This document shows positions 25,040 through 37,760 of a DNA stretch of 64,000 nt, piece by piece (positions within the stretch are counted from its first letter, which is position 1; every line of letters starts with the position of its first letter). This DNA comes from Elsinoe ampelina. Its lineage: Eukaryota. The notes under the pieces are model-generated. The model ran no database searches. It saw nothing but the letters and a program-made list of their open reading frames with translations, and was not told where the DNA came from. The stretch spans positions 682,001 to 746,000 of the forward strand of contig ML992504.1 of NCBI GenBank assembly GCA_010093995.1, read 5' to 3'. The translations under genes and the position numbers were made by a program.

Positions 25040-26646
25040 GGCCGCAGAGATGGATTTTGTGGGGGAGGTTTCACACTAGCGGCCTTGTCAGATCCTGGAA
25101 TGCTGAGACCAGCGTCAGGTCGCTCAGGTACAGGTACCGCCCCGAAAAAAACTGGGTGACAGCTGCACCCCCTTTCCGTCGGATCTTTATGCAAATGCAG
25201 AAGGAGAAACGGCAGGTCTGTTCGATCACGGCACGCGATGATACAGGCACCGGGCAGGCACACTAAGTTACAAAGTCGGCGACAGAATTAGCGACTGACG
25301 TGAGGCGACGGGCACGCATCCTTGTCGTGTGTTGTCACAGGCGCGGCACGGCATGGAGGAGTGGTACTGGCAAAGTGCTGGTAACTTTTAGCACGAGTGA
25401 CGGGCGGGCAGATTCGAGGTTCATTATTGCCTTGACCAACACGCCCTGCTACAGCTGCTCGGGCCTTGGGGGTTTGTGAAGTGTAACCTTGGTCAAAGGA
25501 GGCTGGCGCCAACTTTGATCTCCCTTGGACTTCTGCTTTTGTGAACGAGTCAGCGATGGGGGAGCTTTTTTTGTCCTTCCCGTCCCTCATCATCGTGCAT
25601 CGTGCACCGCAGATTACGGTATCGCGGCTTCGCAGCTGGCTCTCACGCTTCTCTCTTACGAAGCAGGCTTTTTTTCCCCTGTCGAGCAGAATTGTTGCTG
25701 CTCAATCCCCATCTTCCCGCGTCTTCCGCCACGTCTTGTTCACTACAAGCCAACCGCGCGTAATTCTTCCCTTCCCTTCATTCTCTCGTCGCGAGAACTT
25801 GCTGGCCCTGTTCTCCTGCGCGCCGTCATCTCAAAATCTCGGACAAAAGACGCTCCCTTTCCTCGTGTCCACGCTCCTTTCCACACAAAACCGTTTTCAA
25901 TCGCCCACAGGAAAAACCGTCGCCCGCACGCATCGACATTGCACCACAAACGACGGCGACTTTCTCAAACGATAAACTCACGACTCCATCTCTCCATTCT
26001 CACTCCCCAGCTGCATCTCTCAGCGGCGGCATACGAGCACCATCCTTCGTGCGGCTGCCAGCACTCGACCGAGACAGCTCCAACCCCAGACCGCACGATC
26101 AGCCTTGCAGCTGCGCCGCGCATCCACTTATTACACCGCCTTGCATCGCGCTGCATCCTGTCAAAGCTGCACGGGAATAGCCTACCTTGCAGCAGTAGCT
26201 CTTCTACCTGCTGTCACTTGCTGCAAGGGTACGAACCCACTTTCCCTCCCGCTGTCCGGAGACCAGCGACGTCAGCTTCGAAACAACTTGCTCTGTCACT
26301 CGGATTGATTGGCCTGACTTTTTGCTAGACGTCCTGACTCGGGATAGTCCTTTGACAGTTGGCACTGCTTCCTTTTCAGGAGCCCCTCCCCCACGCCTGA
26401 CCACCACCGCACCTGCCCGCAATACTTGCCCGACCGCGTATTGTACTCGACTACCCGCCGATACTATACGACCAGAGATTCCAATCCCTCAGCTTCACAC
26501 CTCACCATCACTTCGCAAGTGCATACCTCCACCCCATCGCCCTCCGTCTGCTTCTTCCTCCTCTCCCGCGCGACACCCTTCTGGCGACAGACGCGCTGTG
26601 TAGGACTACAAAGATGCGCAAGCGACAGCAACAGCGCTAGTTCAGC

Positions 26647-29600
26647 ATGAGCTTCGGAGTGGACATGAGCGTACCAGCAGTCGACTCGCCTCTACACCAC
26701 AGCCCCAATGGCGCATTCAAAGAGCCAAAGTGCAAACCCTTACAGACATATTCTCTCCCAGATTCCTATAACCAGAAACCGGTGACGATAAACTCGGCCG
26801 TCGCCATGACTATTACTCCCGCATCTGCCATCACTCCTGGCAGCTGTACCACCTCTTCCGCCAACAGCCCCTCTCACGCCCTCTCCGCCATGTCCTCAAC
26901 CAATCAATCAATTTCTACCTTGCCTGAGACCGCTGTCGAACAGAATGGCTCTTGGCATGCTACTCCTCCCCCTCTACACCTCCCACAACCCGCCGTACAC
27001 GACGTGTCATCTCCCAGTTCTTCCTTCAGCAGTGCCATGGGTGAGGCCATGGCAAAGTCAAAAGGTCCGGGTTTGATCAGAAGACTGTCGCGTGGTGCAC
27101 ACAATCGTCTTCGTAGACGGGCATCAACCACACACACTAATCGTATCCGCGATCAGAGTGCTGGTCCCGTACTCGTTCGCCGTCGGAGTGACAGCACCGG
27201 CGCATCCGACATCGCTGGCGATATGTCGGATCTCGAACTCGAGCCTCCTTCGGAAGAAGATGGCACCGAGGACAATTCATCCAGCATTATTTCCATGGAT
27301 CCTGCCAATGCCTTGGGTATCAGCAGTGTTGGTCGGAGAAGCACTGGGTCTGCTTTTGAAGGTGGCATCGCTCCTACCATCTCTGCTGTCCTGGAAGCGG
27401 GTACTGTCCTCATCAAGGTCACAAAGAAGAAGCGGAAGCCAAGAAAATTCAGACTCGATACTTCGGCTGCCAAGGTATGCTGGGATCCGACGAACCCAGC
27501 TAAACAATTCTACATTGACGATGTGAGAGAGATTCGAGTGGGAGCTGACTCTAGAGGCTCCCGCCAAGATATCTCGATATCTCCCGAAACCGAAAAGTGC
27601 TGGATGACAATCGTCTACGACGTCCCAGAAAAGTCAAAAGGACGTACGATCAAGACCATGCATCTTATCGCGCCAAACGAGTACATTGTGCAATTGTGGA
27701 CCGATGCCCTCAAGACCGTTGAGCGTGAGCGCATAGAGATCATGAACGCTCTGTCCTCGAACACGGAGAAGAGCGAACGCAGCATGCAAATGGCATGGAA
27801 GCAAGCCATGACCAGAAAGCGACACGATCCAGACCAGAAGATCGACTTTGATGATGCTCTTTGGATTTGCCGCAAGCTCGAAATCAATTGCTCTAGCGAT
27901 ACTGTCCGCAGTCACTTCAATGATGCGGACAGAGACCTCGTCGGCCAACTGAACTACAGTCAATATGAGCTTTTCGTGAGCATGTTCAAGATTCGCCACG
28001 ACCTCAAAGCCATTTACGAGTCGATCAAGCCAGTCGACGAGTTTGACCTGAACCTGGACAGATTCCTGAATTTCCTACGAGAACACCAAGGAATCGATGT
28101 CGAAAAGGATCGAAGGTATTGGGAAGCGAAGTTTGACTCCTATGCTCGCGGACATAGCCGAGGGTTTGAGACACCGCCGACCAGCGCCAGTCCCGCCGCC
28201 ATGACTCTGCTGGCTTTCCAGAATTTCATGACATCAGGTGTCAATGGTGTACTTGCATCAAACACTGCTGAAGGACCTCTGGATCGTCCTTTGAACGAGT
28301 ACTTCGTGTCCAGCTCCCACAACACTTATCTCCTCGGTCGGCAAGTAGCTGGTGCGTCCAGTGTGGAAGGCTACATCTCAGCACTCGTCAAGGGATGCAG
28401 ATGCATCGAAGTTGATTGTTGGGATGGCAAAGATGGTCGACCCGTCGTCAATCATGGACGTACTTTGTCGACTGAGGTGCTCTTTGAGGATTGCATTTCG
28501 GTCATCTCAAAGTATGCCTTTGCTTCCTCGTCGTACCCGCTCATCGTGTCATTGGAAGTCCATTGCAATCCAGAACAACAGGCTGCCATGGTTGAGATCA
28601 TGATGAGGTGCTTCGGCGATGCGCTGCTCACTGCACCACTGATGACCAATGCCCTCACTTTGCCTTCTCCGGAAGAGCTTCGTAACCGCATTCTCATCAA
28701 AGTCAAGTCAATGCATGCTCTCAACGATGGCCAAGGAATGGCTGAGATTCTCAATGGAGGCCGCTCAAGAAGTCATAGTACACCATTCTCTCGTGGTACT
28801 CCAGCTGAGCACGCAACGTGGCCGCTCTCCCCACCAATGCAGAATGGCAATGCAGACAGCCCGTATCAAAAGGCATCCAACACCTGGGCTACCAACAGGG
28901 CTTTCTCCAATGCCTCGAGCGCTACCAACATCGTCTGCTTGAGCAGTTCAGGCAGCGAGAGTGAAGTCGCAACACCATCACTCGATGGCAAGAAGAAACG
29001 CAAGACCAGCAGAATCGTTCCCCAGCTCGGTGCACTCGGTGTGTACGCCTGCGGCATCAAGTATTCCGACTTCAACGCACCCGAGGCCCGCATGTACAAT
29101 CACATCTACTCCTTCGCCGAAAACACGTTCAATGTCGTCTGCAAAGATACAGACAACAAGCAACAACTCGAGAAGCACAACATGCGCTACTTGATGCGAG
29201 TCTATCCTGCTGCAAGACGCATCGATTCTTCCAACTTCAATCCTTTGCAGGTCTGGCGACGCGGTGTGCAAATGGCAGCTCTCAACTGGCAAACGTATGA
29301 CGTTCACCAACAAGTCAACGAAGCCATGTTCGCGGCAGGTTCCGACAGAACTGGCTACGTCCTAAAGCCAGACGAGCTCCGCCAGGCCAAGCACATGCCG
29401 ATCAGCGACATCCTCCCGGAGAACCAATTGACCAAGGACAAGAAGGGGATGAAATTCGTCAAATTCTCGGTCGAAATGATTTCGGCCCAGCGACTTCCCA
29501 GGCCTCGCAACCGCGACCCAAATCTGGGCATGAATCCTTACATTGAATTCGAAATGTTCTCGGCGGAAGATCGTGGACGTGGTGTTGCCCGATCCGAGGG

Positions 29601-30150
29601 TGGTACGGATGCTTCGGCCAGCCGCGATGGGTCTTCCGGCATTGGCATCCCTGTCCGCAAACGGACCAAGATTGTTGAGGGCAATGGTTTCGACCCGTCT
29701 TGGAAGGAAAACATCTCCATGACCGTGGAGACAAAGTACCCCAGCCTCATCTTTGTCCGTTGGACCGTATGGAACTCTCCGGATGGTCGCAATCTGTCCT
29801 CCAACAGTACAATGCTGGCGACATTCACAGCAAAGCTCAGCAGCCTTCAGCAAGGTTACCGTCATCTTCCGCTCTTCAATGCCTATGGCGAGCGCTACCG
29901 AGATGCCAAGCTCTTTGTCAAGATCAGGAAAGACCTTCCCATAGCCTTGAACAGTTCGATGCACATCGACGAGGAGGCCTTTGGTAACGTCGACCCTGCC
30001 AGTAGTCCTAGGATGGACTCGAGCAATCGTGATCGCTCCTGGTCACGCAGAATCTTCTCCAGAACTCCAAGCCAAAGGAAGAAGAGCAGAGAATCTTCCC
30101 CATTCGGATCGTTCAGCAGAACATCCAGCATAGAACGTCCGATCACGTAA
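26647..30150 (+). CDS. PLC1: Phosphoinositide-specific phospholipase C (PH, EF-hand, X, Y, C2)
   Basis: YFVSSSHNTYL, GCRCIEVDCWDG, RVYP..RIDSSNFNP, QMAALNWQT, C2 domain with GYRHLPL. Confidence 0.97.
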   Translation: MSFGVDMSVPAVDSPLHHSPNGAFKEPKCKPLQTYSLPDSYNQKPVTINSAVAMTITPASAITPGSCTTSSANSPSHALSAMSSTNQSISTLPETAVEQNGSWHATPPPLHLPQPAVHDVSSPSSSFSSAMGEAMAKSKGPGLIRRLSRGAHNRLRRRASTTHTNRIRDQSAGPVLVRRRSDSTGASDIAGDMSDLELEPPSEEDGTEDNSSSIISMDPANALGISSVGRRSTGSAFEGGIAPTISAVLEAGTVLIKVTKKKRKPRKFRLDTSAAKVCWDPTNPAKQFYIDDVREIRVGADSRGSRQDISISPETEKCWMTIVYDVPEKSKGRTIKTMHLIAPNEYIVQLWTDALKTVERERIEIMNALSSNTEKSERSMQMAWKQAMTRKRHDPDQKIDFDDALWICRKLEINCSSDTVRSHFNDADRDLVGQLNYSQYELFVSMFKIRHDLKAIYESIKPVDEFDLNLDRFLNFLREHQGIDVEKDRRYWEAKFDSYARGHSRGFETPPTSASPAAMTLLAFQNFMTSGVNGVLASNTAEGPLDRPLNEYFVSSSHNTYLLGRQVAGASSVEGYISALVKGCRCIEVDCWDGKDGRPVVNHGRTLSTEVLFEDCISVISKYAFASSSYPLIVSLEVHCNPEQQAAMVEIMMRCFGDALLTAPLMTNALTLPSPEELRNRILIKVKSMHALNDGQGMAEILNGGRSRSHSTPFSRGTPAEHATWPLSPPMQNGNADSPYQKASNTWATNRAFSNASSATNIVCLSSSGSESEVATPSLDGKKKRKTSRIVPQLGALGVYACGIKYSDFNAPEARMYNHIYSFAENTFNVVCKDTDNKQQLEKHNMRYLMRVYPAARRIDSSNFNPLQVWRRGVQMAALNWQTYDVHQQVNEAMFAAGSDRTGYVLKPDELRQAKHMPISDILPENQLTKDKKGMKFVKFSVEMISAQRLPRPRNRDPNLGMNPYIEFEMFSAEDRGRGVARSEGGTDASASRDGSSGIGIPVRKRTKIVEGNGFDPSWKENISMTVETKYPSLIFVRWTVWNSPDGRNLSSNSTMLATFTAKLSSLQQGYRHLPLFNAYGERYRDAKLFVKIRKDLPIALNSSMHIDEEAFGNVDPASSPRMDSSNRDRSWSRRIFSRTPSQRKKSRESSPFGSFSRTSSIERPIT

Positions 30151-31571
30151 CGATCTACTCTCAAACATCACGACCTCGTCTTCGAAATTGTTATACCAAC
30201 ATTACTTTACAACATTTGCATTTTTTCGGATCCGGTACTGGAGTTGGGCTGATACAAGAATAGTCTGGATTCGGCAACGAGCATATCCGGCAACCGTATA
30301 CCCCCTATTGTTTAGTCTACCTTATTCGTGTTTTATTAAGCGATGGCATTGCATATCCAGTCCTCGTGTATTCAATACACCTTGAAACGAAATTCCTCGA
30401 GGCGCGAGGGGACACGAAACTCTTTCGATTCATACACAAACTTCTTCAGGGACCGGCAACAGGTTGTTCGACAGTCTGCCCACTGTTCCGGTCAGGCACC
30501 ACACTTTTACAACACGATACTTGAACGACTTCCCTCGCGCCTTGTCAACGACCCTTCAATTCTCGATTCTGTATTGTTGCACCAGATGAAAATACCCAAA
30601 AAGACACGACCGTCGACTTGTTGCACACTTGCTTTGCCAGAGACCCCAACGACCACGAGAGGCAGCTGGCCTGAACCTGTCATCGATCGGAGAATATGGT
30701 CACTGCATCAAATTTCGATATTTTCCTATGTCTATCAAGCATGCATTCCCGGGGGCCCTCGAGGCTGAAGCATTTACACGTGGGGATTCGCTGGACTCGG
30801 AACATTTTCCTATCAAGGGTTCTTGGGGAGTATTGCTAGCTTTTCGGGAGGCATGCCAAACAGTGGCTGCCGTGATCAACAGGGCTGGATTAGGTGAGAG
30901 GTCGGCAGACGACATCCGGGACAAAGAGCAGGACTCGAGTAGATAGAGAATGAACACATTCTTCTCCCTTCAATCGCTTCGCAGCCGATCTCGATGCTGA
31001 GTGCTTTAGTGGTTCGTGGAATTATCGTGCTTGCCTAATTGCTCTGAAAGGCTTCCCGCCAGGCCGGCATATGCGCGAGTCCATTTGCTTGCAGCTCAAT
31101 GCACCATCATTAATAAGAAGCTCGGAAGATGCCGAGGCGTATGTATATTTATCTATATGCCCCTGTACTACTAGGAACGCCGCACAAACTCCGGCCAACG
31201 TCATGTGTACACAGGCCATCCACCTTCTTGCTTGTGTCACCACACCATTCACGACCTAACCACAGAAATACGAACAAGTGGCTCACGCTCGCTCCGCTGT
31301 ACGTCATTCGTCAGCACATTATAGACTTGCGAAGATTTGGAATGCCGCAACCTCTTTGGCATGCCTTTCTTGCCGCCGCCTTGTCGACATGACCGACCAC
31401 TGGAACCAGGTCGATGGCAAGAGACATCAGCTGCAGCTTTGTGCAACCTTCCAGCATGCCTTTCGGGTATTTATATTTCAGCTCGCTGTACGTTTTTCGC
31501 CGCTCTTGTGAAAGTTTGTATATAAGAGCTGCCCAGTCGCATTGCCCCGTACAATCACGATCCGTTTCAAG

Positions 31572-33701
31572 ATGCTCTCATCAATCTTCGCCATCTTTCT
31601 ATTCTTTCTGGTCATTGTTACTGCTCTACCAAGTAGTCTCCGTCCAAATGGTCGGTCTCAACTCAAATGGGGTACCTGTGACGACATCCTCGAGGTAATT
31701 GCTCCGCCGAATGGTACCTCTCGAGGAGAACTTGGATCAGGACTGGAGTGCGCTACTCTGCGAGTCCCTATGGATTACACCAATCCTGACTCGCCACCTC
31801 TTCATATCGATCTCGTCAAGAGCAAAGCTGCCAGTGGTTGGTCACGAGGCAGCATTCTGACGAACCCGGGCGGTCCGGGGGGAAGTGGCGTCGAGGCTGT
31901 AATCTTTGGGGGAGCTCAGTATCAAGGGTATTCTGACCATCAGAAGTGAGAGTGTAGGCTGTCACTGACCTTTCATAGGGTACTGGAGGGCCAGTTCGAT
32001 TTCATTGGCTTTGATGTCCGGTAAGATCATGGATTTCTTACTAGAAATGCAGAGTGGTCTGGTAGAATATATCGCATGCGGAGCTTCCGAGATCGCTGTA
32101 CTGTCGCCGACAGCGCTGATAGATATAGTGGAACTGGTAGGACCTTGACGTTTGACTGCCAGGTTCTCGACGAGAGCATGCAAGGCTTGATACCCATTGC
32201 TGGAAACAACATGACTAGGACACTGCTTGACGGCGGCTGGGCCAGAGCTGAAGAATATGCCGCCGCATGTCGCAAGGCGAAGAATGATACAGGCTCGTTC
32301 CTCAGCACCGTGTTCGTTGCCAGGGACATGCTCGAGATTAGCCGCGCTCTTGGTGATGACAAGGTCAACTACTACGGCATCTCGTACGGTACCCACCTCG
32401 GCCAAACCTTTGCCTCGCTCTTCCCAGACAATGTCGGCCGTTTCGTACTGGACTCTGTTGTCAACTCAGCCGACAACGTGCTCGGACCGAAATATACCTG
32501 GCTTGACGACACCGATGAGCTCTACGCCGCCTTTTTCACAGAATGCCTGGCTTTCCCGTCCTGCCCACTTCTCGACCTCCTCTCGTTCACCAACACGACC
32601 ATTCCCTTCCCACCAACCTATGACCCTTCTTCCCCTGCCTCTATCGCTACCGCCCTTCAGCAGTACGTCAACACCAACATCATCGCCACATTGTCGCTTC
32701 CCGGTATCGGTCCGGCGATCTACCGCTCTCTCAAGATCAAGATCTTCAGCGCCCTCTACTCCCCCAATGACTGGCCGGACTTCGCTCGCACCCTCACCCA
32801 CAACATCACCTCCCTCCAGACTTCCCCGCCGAACACTTCTTTTCCCATAGCTCTCGTCCCCAATACGCCCTGGAATCCAGCCCAACGTGACGCTTTCTTC
32901 GGCATTTCCTGCCTCGACACGCCTTTCCGCGTCAACAGCGCAGAAGAACTGATCCCCGTCGCTCAACGCCAGGGCACGATCAGTTTCTTCGCCGACGCCT
33001 TCTTGGATTACGCGACATGGCCGTGCGCCGCGTGGGAGTTCGAGCCCCCGCAGAGGTTCGTGGGACCCTTCGGAGGCAAGACGGCCACTCCGATCTTGTT
33101 CGTGAATAACCGCCTGGACCCCATCACGCCTCTGGCCAGTGCGAGGGACGCGGCGAGCAGATTTGAGGGGAGCAGGTTGTTGGTCGGGAATGGCTTCGGG
33201 GTGGGTAACTCTCTCTTCGTGTTCGTTGTTCGTCATTTCGTCTCTCACTCTCCCTTTTGCTTGCTGTGCTCGGCGTGCGTGATCGTGGACGCTTGGCATC
33301 CATTGCCAGGTGTGCATGCTGGCCTGCCCGACTCTGACCACCATGGCCCTCGCCACCCATGCTGCAGCTCATTCACACCTTCTACCCTTCGTCTCCCCTG
33401 TCCGTGTCCTCTCTTGCACTTTCGCCTTGTCGACCCGACATTCGTTCTCGTCGGGAGGCTAAGACCCGCTGACGCATCGCAGCATAACATGCTCGCCGAT
33501 CCCTCGGACTGCACTATTGCTGCGGTCAAGGCGTACTTCCTGCATGGTACTCTACCAGATGACGGGACCGTGTGCGAGCCGGCTTCCAGACCGTTTGATC
33601 CGGCAAGGAAGAATCGGGATGTGGCTGCTGGAGTTGACAGCGACGTGGAGACAGGGGCGAATCGCTTCATCGGGTGGTCGAACCGAGGCCGGGGTTGGTA
33701 G
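31572..33701 (+). CDS. Secreted alpha/beta-hydrolase, tripeptidyl-aminopeptidase (TAP)-like S33 peptidase
   Basis: Signal peptide, CATLRVPMDY, NPGGPGGSG, FDVR/GTG, YGISYGT, DPITP, GFG/H. Introns ~31928-31978, ~32022-32128, 33201-33482. Confidence 0.92.
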
Positions 33702-33765
33702 GGGGTGAAGTGTTAGAGCTGTTTGGTCCTTGTCAGCTGACGGCGCTTGAGGACTGGTGTTCCTC

Positions 33766-33857
33766 ATAAGCTGGTAGTATTTATAATCTGGTAGTATTTA
33801 TAAGCTGGCAGTTTTCATGAGCTGGTGGTACTCGTAAGCTGGTACCTTCCACGAGCT
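33766..33857. repeat. Degenerate 17-bp minisatellite, 5+ copies (ATAAGCTGGTAGTATTT)
   Basis: ataagctggtagtattt/ataatctggtagtattt/ataagctggcagttttc/atgagctggtggtactc/gtaagctggtaccttcc/acgagct. Confidence 0.85.
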
Positions 33858-34112
33858 CAGGGCCTTGGAAACGAGTTCAAGATACGATGTACTTATCATG
33901 CCCACAAAGTATTTCCCGCACGAACAGCTTGAACCGAACCCATCGATCGACAGCAAGATGGATGTTCACCTCTATACTTTATCTGCACGACTCATGCACG
34001 GCTGTGGTAATCCCCTTTGCCTGTCACTCCAGCAATGCAAGTGTACCATCCTTCGCCAGCACAAACGGGTCCCCGAGCCATGCCAATGTCTCTTGGGTCG
34101 TCGGGATACCTC

Positions 34113-35405
34113 CTAATTCCAACTGATCCCCAACATAATCCCCGCCCCCGCCGCCATGGCCGCAAACTGCGTCAACGTCTTCGTCACCTCCTTCCTCTTA
34201 TCCCCTCCCGTCTCCAACAACTCCGGCACCACCGCCACGGTCCCCACATACAAGAACGTCCCAGCGGTGAACGGCAGTAGCAAATGCCCCCACGTCAAAC
34301 TCGTCCCACCCAGCCCCTTCCCGGCCTTGACCCCGCCCGCCTCACCCGACCCGTATTCCTGCACCAAAATCCCGATCGTGGTCCCGAGAAACGCGCCCAG
34401 GGCAGTGATGAACTGCGCACCCATGGCTTGCCACTTTGTGAAGCCGGACTGTATCAGGAGCGCGAAATCGCCGACTTCGTGGGGGATTTCGTGGAAAAAG
34501 ACGGCGACGGTAGTGGTGGCGCCGATGGTCGGGGAGGCGTAGAAGGAGGAGCTGAGAGCCAGGCCGTCGGTGATGTTGTGGGTGAAGTCGGCGAGGAGGT
34601 TGAGGAGGCCGGAGAGCTGGGAGGAGGAGGTAATTTCGAGTTTTGAGGCCGAGGGGGAGGAGGGAGAGGTGGGGATTGGAGGGTCGGGTGGGAGGGGCTT
34701 GCGTTGGCGGACTGCGTGGCCTTCTTTGGTGGACGCGGCGGAGGAGGTGGTGGTGCCGTTGGAGTCGAGGGGGGACTTGGCGGGGGAGTGGTCGTGGTTG
34801 TGCCCTTCTCCGCCTGTTGCTATCCGGAGTGTCTTTTCCAGTGCCATAAATGTCACAAATCCGACCATGATCGCTACTCCTAGCAGAAGATTCTTGTTCG
34901 GCTCGACCATGACGAAGCGGACGTGTTCGGGGCTGTCTTCGCCCAGGAAGATCTCAGGGAGCAGGTGGAAGAGTGTGTCGCCGAGTAGTCCACCGACGGC
35001 AAAGGCGACCATGACTTGCAGGCTGTTTGGATCGATGTTGGGCGGGCATAGCGCGAGGAGGAAGTTGGGAGGTCCAGAGATGTAGAGAGTCGCTAGAAGA
35101 GCGTTGATGGGAGGGGAGGATGGGAAGAGAACAGCGAAGATACGAGACGTGAGAGACGAGGATGAGCTATCAGTGCCGGACAGTTTCTCTCTATTGAGTC
35201 GCTGTACTATCGAGCATGACTGTAGCTGTCAGATAGGTCCTGGGAGGGTGAGGTCATCGTCGCGTACCTGCAGGGAATCTTCTATCTCTTTGGTGGAGAG
35301 AGTGCTGAGTGGATCTGTCGAGAGCAGACTACCGCTCTTCGACGCCAGAACATGAGCGACTAGTGCAATTAACACCAAGCAAAGCGTGCGCCGTATTCGA
35401 GACAT
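34113..35405 (-). CDS. YKE4: ZIP-family (LIV-1/Ke4) ER zinc transporter
   Basis: Signal-like MSRIRRTLCLVLIAL, intron ~35220-35267, AFAVGGLLGDTLFHLLPE, HNITDG, HEIPHEVGD, FTAGTFLYV. Confidence 0.92.
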
Positions 35406-35580
35406 GTTGCTTGCCCTTCCAATGGCTGTCTGGAGAGAATATTCGTGTCGCGTGTTCGGAGTGAAGTCGAGCTTGTCGGCGAGTCATGCACCGGCATCGG
35501 CAATTGACGGGGGAACATGTAAAGATGCAGTCGAGGGCCAGCCTCTGTACATTGGGTTCATACATCATTGAAGTCATAGT

Positions 35581-36654
35581 CTAGAACTTCCTCTTCACTT
35601 GGCCGAAGCTCTCATAGCCAAGTCCATTGTCGACTGCCCTGCCGACAGCCTCCATCAACACCCTTCGTCTGACCATGATCCCATCGTCACCCAAGTAGTC
35701 AGTGGTCTTGCCCCTCTCCTTGACCGCAGCCTCAAGCATACGCGCAGACTTCTTCTCCATCCTCGCTTTGATTAGTCGTAGCCGTCTCTCATCGGCAGGC
35801 ATGTGTGGCAGATTGAGCTCCTCCACACCGTGGCTTGTCTTTACGAAAAGTGGTAACTGCATCTCTGTTATGCCCTGAGCGCTGAGAGGCGGCGGCGTAG
35901 GGAACGCCATAGGGACATACAGTGTTTCTTGTTCGGGTGCAGCAGTGAGATTGGCGAAGTTGTGCTTGACCACAGTGGTCGTGGGTGTGTTTGGCGCAGC
36001 TGGCGCATGAATGCGAGGGCTCAGGGTCTTGCCTCTGGTCGGAGGTCGGCTGAGCGTAGACGAAGATTCATCCGAGGATGACTCGTACTGCTCGCGCGCG
36101 ATACAGTAATTCGTCTTATAACGGATATTGTTCACCTTGATGGTGAGATTTGGTCGAGGTCGTGCCTTTTGAACTGAGGGGAGAGGCTCGCGTTCCGAGG
36201 CCGGCGAAGCGCTGCGCGATCTGGGCTCGCAATCGCTGAAGGAAGGTCCAGAAGAGTCGTCAGAGTCTTCCAAGCTCTCAAGAGATTGCTTGTGAACCAA
36301 AGACTTGCTGCTATCGCTGAAGTGCGATTCGAGTCGCACCGGAAATAGAGTTTCGTGGGGTACGAAAGTGAGCATCCCGTTGTCCTTGCTTCCAAGTGTT
36401 GGACTCCTTGGCGATAAGACCGGCTCATCGTTCTCATCGAAGATGAACGGAGTAGAGAGCCTGCTCTGTTCCATCACATCCTCCAGCCAATGTCGGATGC
36501 GAGGTGTGCTGTGATGCCTCCTCCGCGCCTGCGCGGTGATGGCTGCTTGATGCAGAAGTGCCGAATCAGATTTATTAGGTATTATTGTATTTGTGGAGAT
36601 GGTATTGTTCATCCTGTTGACTCCGCCATTAATGATCTGCTCGTAGCGATTCAT
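35581..36654 (-). CDS. Hypothetical Ser/Pro-rich protein (357 aa)
   Basis: Intronless ATG-started ORF with no competing gene. No recognised domain. Confidence 0.65.
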   Translation of the reverse strand: MNRYEQIINGGVNRMNNTISTNTIIPNKSDSALLHQAAITAQARRRHHSTPRIRHWLEDVMEQSRLSTPFIFDENDEPVLSPRSPTLGSKDNGMLTFVPHETLFPVRLESHFSDSSKSLVHKQSLESLEDSDDSSGPSFSDCEPRSRSASPASEREPLPSVQKARPRPNLTIKVNNIRYKTNYCIAREQYESSSDESSSTLSRPPTRGKTLSPRIHAPAAPNTPTTTVVKHNFANLTAAPEQETLYVPMAFPTPPPLSAQGITEMQLPLFVKTSHGVEELNLPHMPADERRLRLIKARMEKKSARMLEAAVKERGKTTDYLGDDGIMVRRRVLMEAVGRAVDNGLGYESFGQVKRKF

Positions 36655-37760
36655 TATACTGAGCCGTCAAGGTCGTCGGGTGTCGTAATAGAGATGTCTT
36701 CGTAATGCCGGTATTATTTCGTGTCGTAATTACTTCGTCAATTATTCAAGAGAGTGTTGTTGATATGCAAGGTAATAAGAGAAAACAGAGATACGATAAC
36801 GAGAAACAAGGAAAGATCGTGAAATGCTGTATGATCAGTCTGCGGTAGCGTCGAGTGGTATACTTATGGCATCTTGCAACCTAAGACACTTGTCACGATC
36901 TGCAGCTCCATGTTCACTGCAAAGCGGAGTTGAGGCTCGCATAGGTGAGTGCGACGTGTGGCGTCGTGGTCAGAGAGAGACAGGCGCAGCAAGTGGTGAC
37001 AACCGAGTGTGGTCAAAGTCGGTCTCTGACAGGTCTCTAGATGTGGAAGGAAGAGGACCAGAGACAGGGCGAAGATTGTACCTTGGAAACTAGCATCCGC
37101 GACGGTTGCTCCTCCCCGGGATGACATCGGCTGTCCAGGGCAGAGATTCTCATTGTGGTGGCCACGTCAGGACGTGCCACGACGGGCGTCTGATGGTGAA
37201 ACCGTGATTGACAGGCGGGTTTGTGCTTGACATGCTTGAGAGTGTGAGACGTTTCGGGAGGAAAAGGTCTGCCAAGCCTTTCAACGTCCATCATCCTGAT
37301 TGGACGGATTTTGTCCTCGTGCAATTCACCCATGTCCAAATTGACTTCAGCCGCTCGGAGAACTGAAAGATGCCGTTCTCCATGCTCCAACGTTCCCTGC
37401 TGTGAAACATCCTTGCGTCTTGTATAGAGACTTGTGATTTTCCCGATTACTTTTCAATCTCTCGGTCGCGCAGTAATTGCGGAACGATCCTTATCTGATC
37501 AGCGCCTTGTGACGACGCTTGAAAGCTTGATCATCATTACCCACAACCAAGGCTGCGCCCTTGAACCATATGCAGGGATACTGGATTGATATGTCAGGGA
37601 AGAAATTGCCCACGACCAAATCGCGGGTAGGAACGACGCACTGACTCGCAATATCGAAAGCACTCGCTGAAGACGGAGCCAAAATGAGTCTCATCACGAT
37701 CGCGCAAGGCCGAAAACCACTGCCGGTGACCTCGCTGCCGTCATCTACCCGACGTTGCTT

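Noticed and set aside
25525..26328. 267-aa ORF upstream of PLC1
   Set aside because: TTG start, stop-poor only because the DNA is pyrimidine-rich.
33766..33857. CRISPR-like array
   Set aside because: Contiguous tandem units without unique spacers, eukaryotic context.
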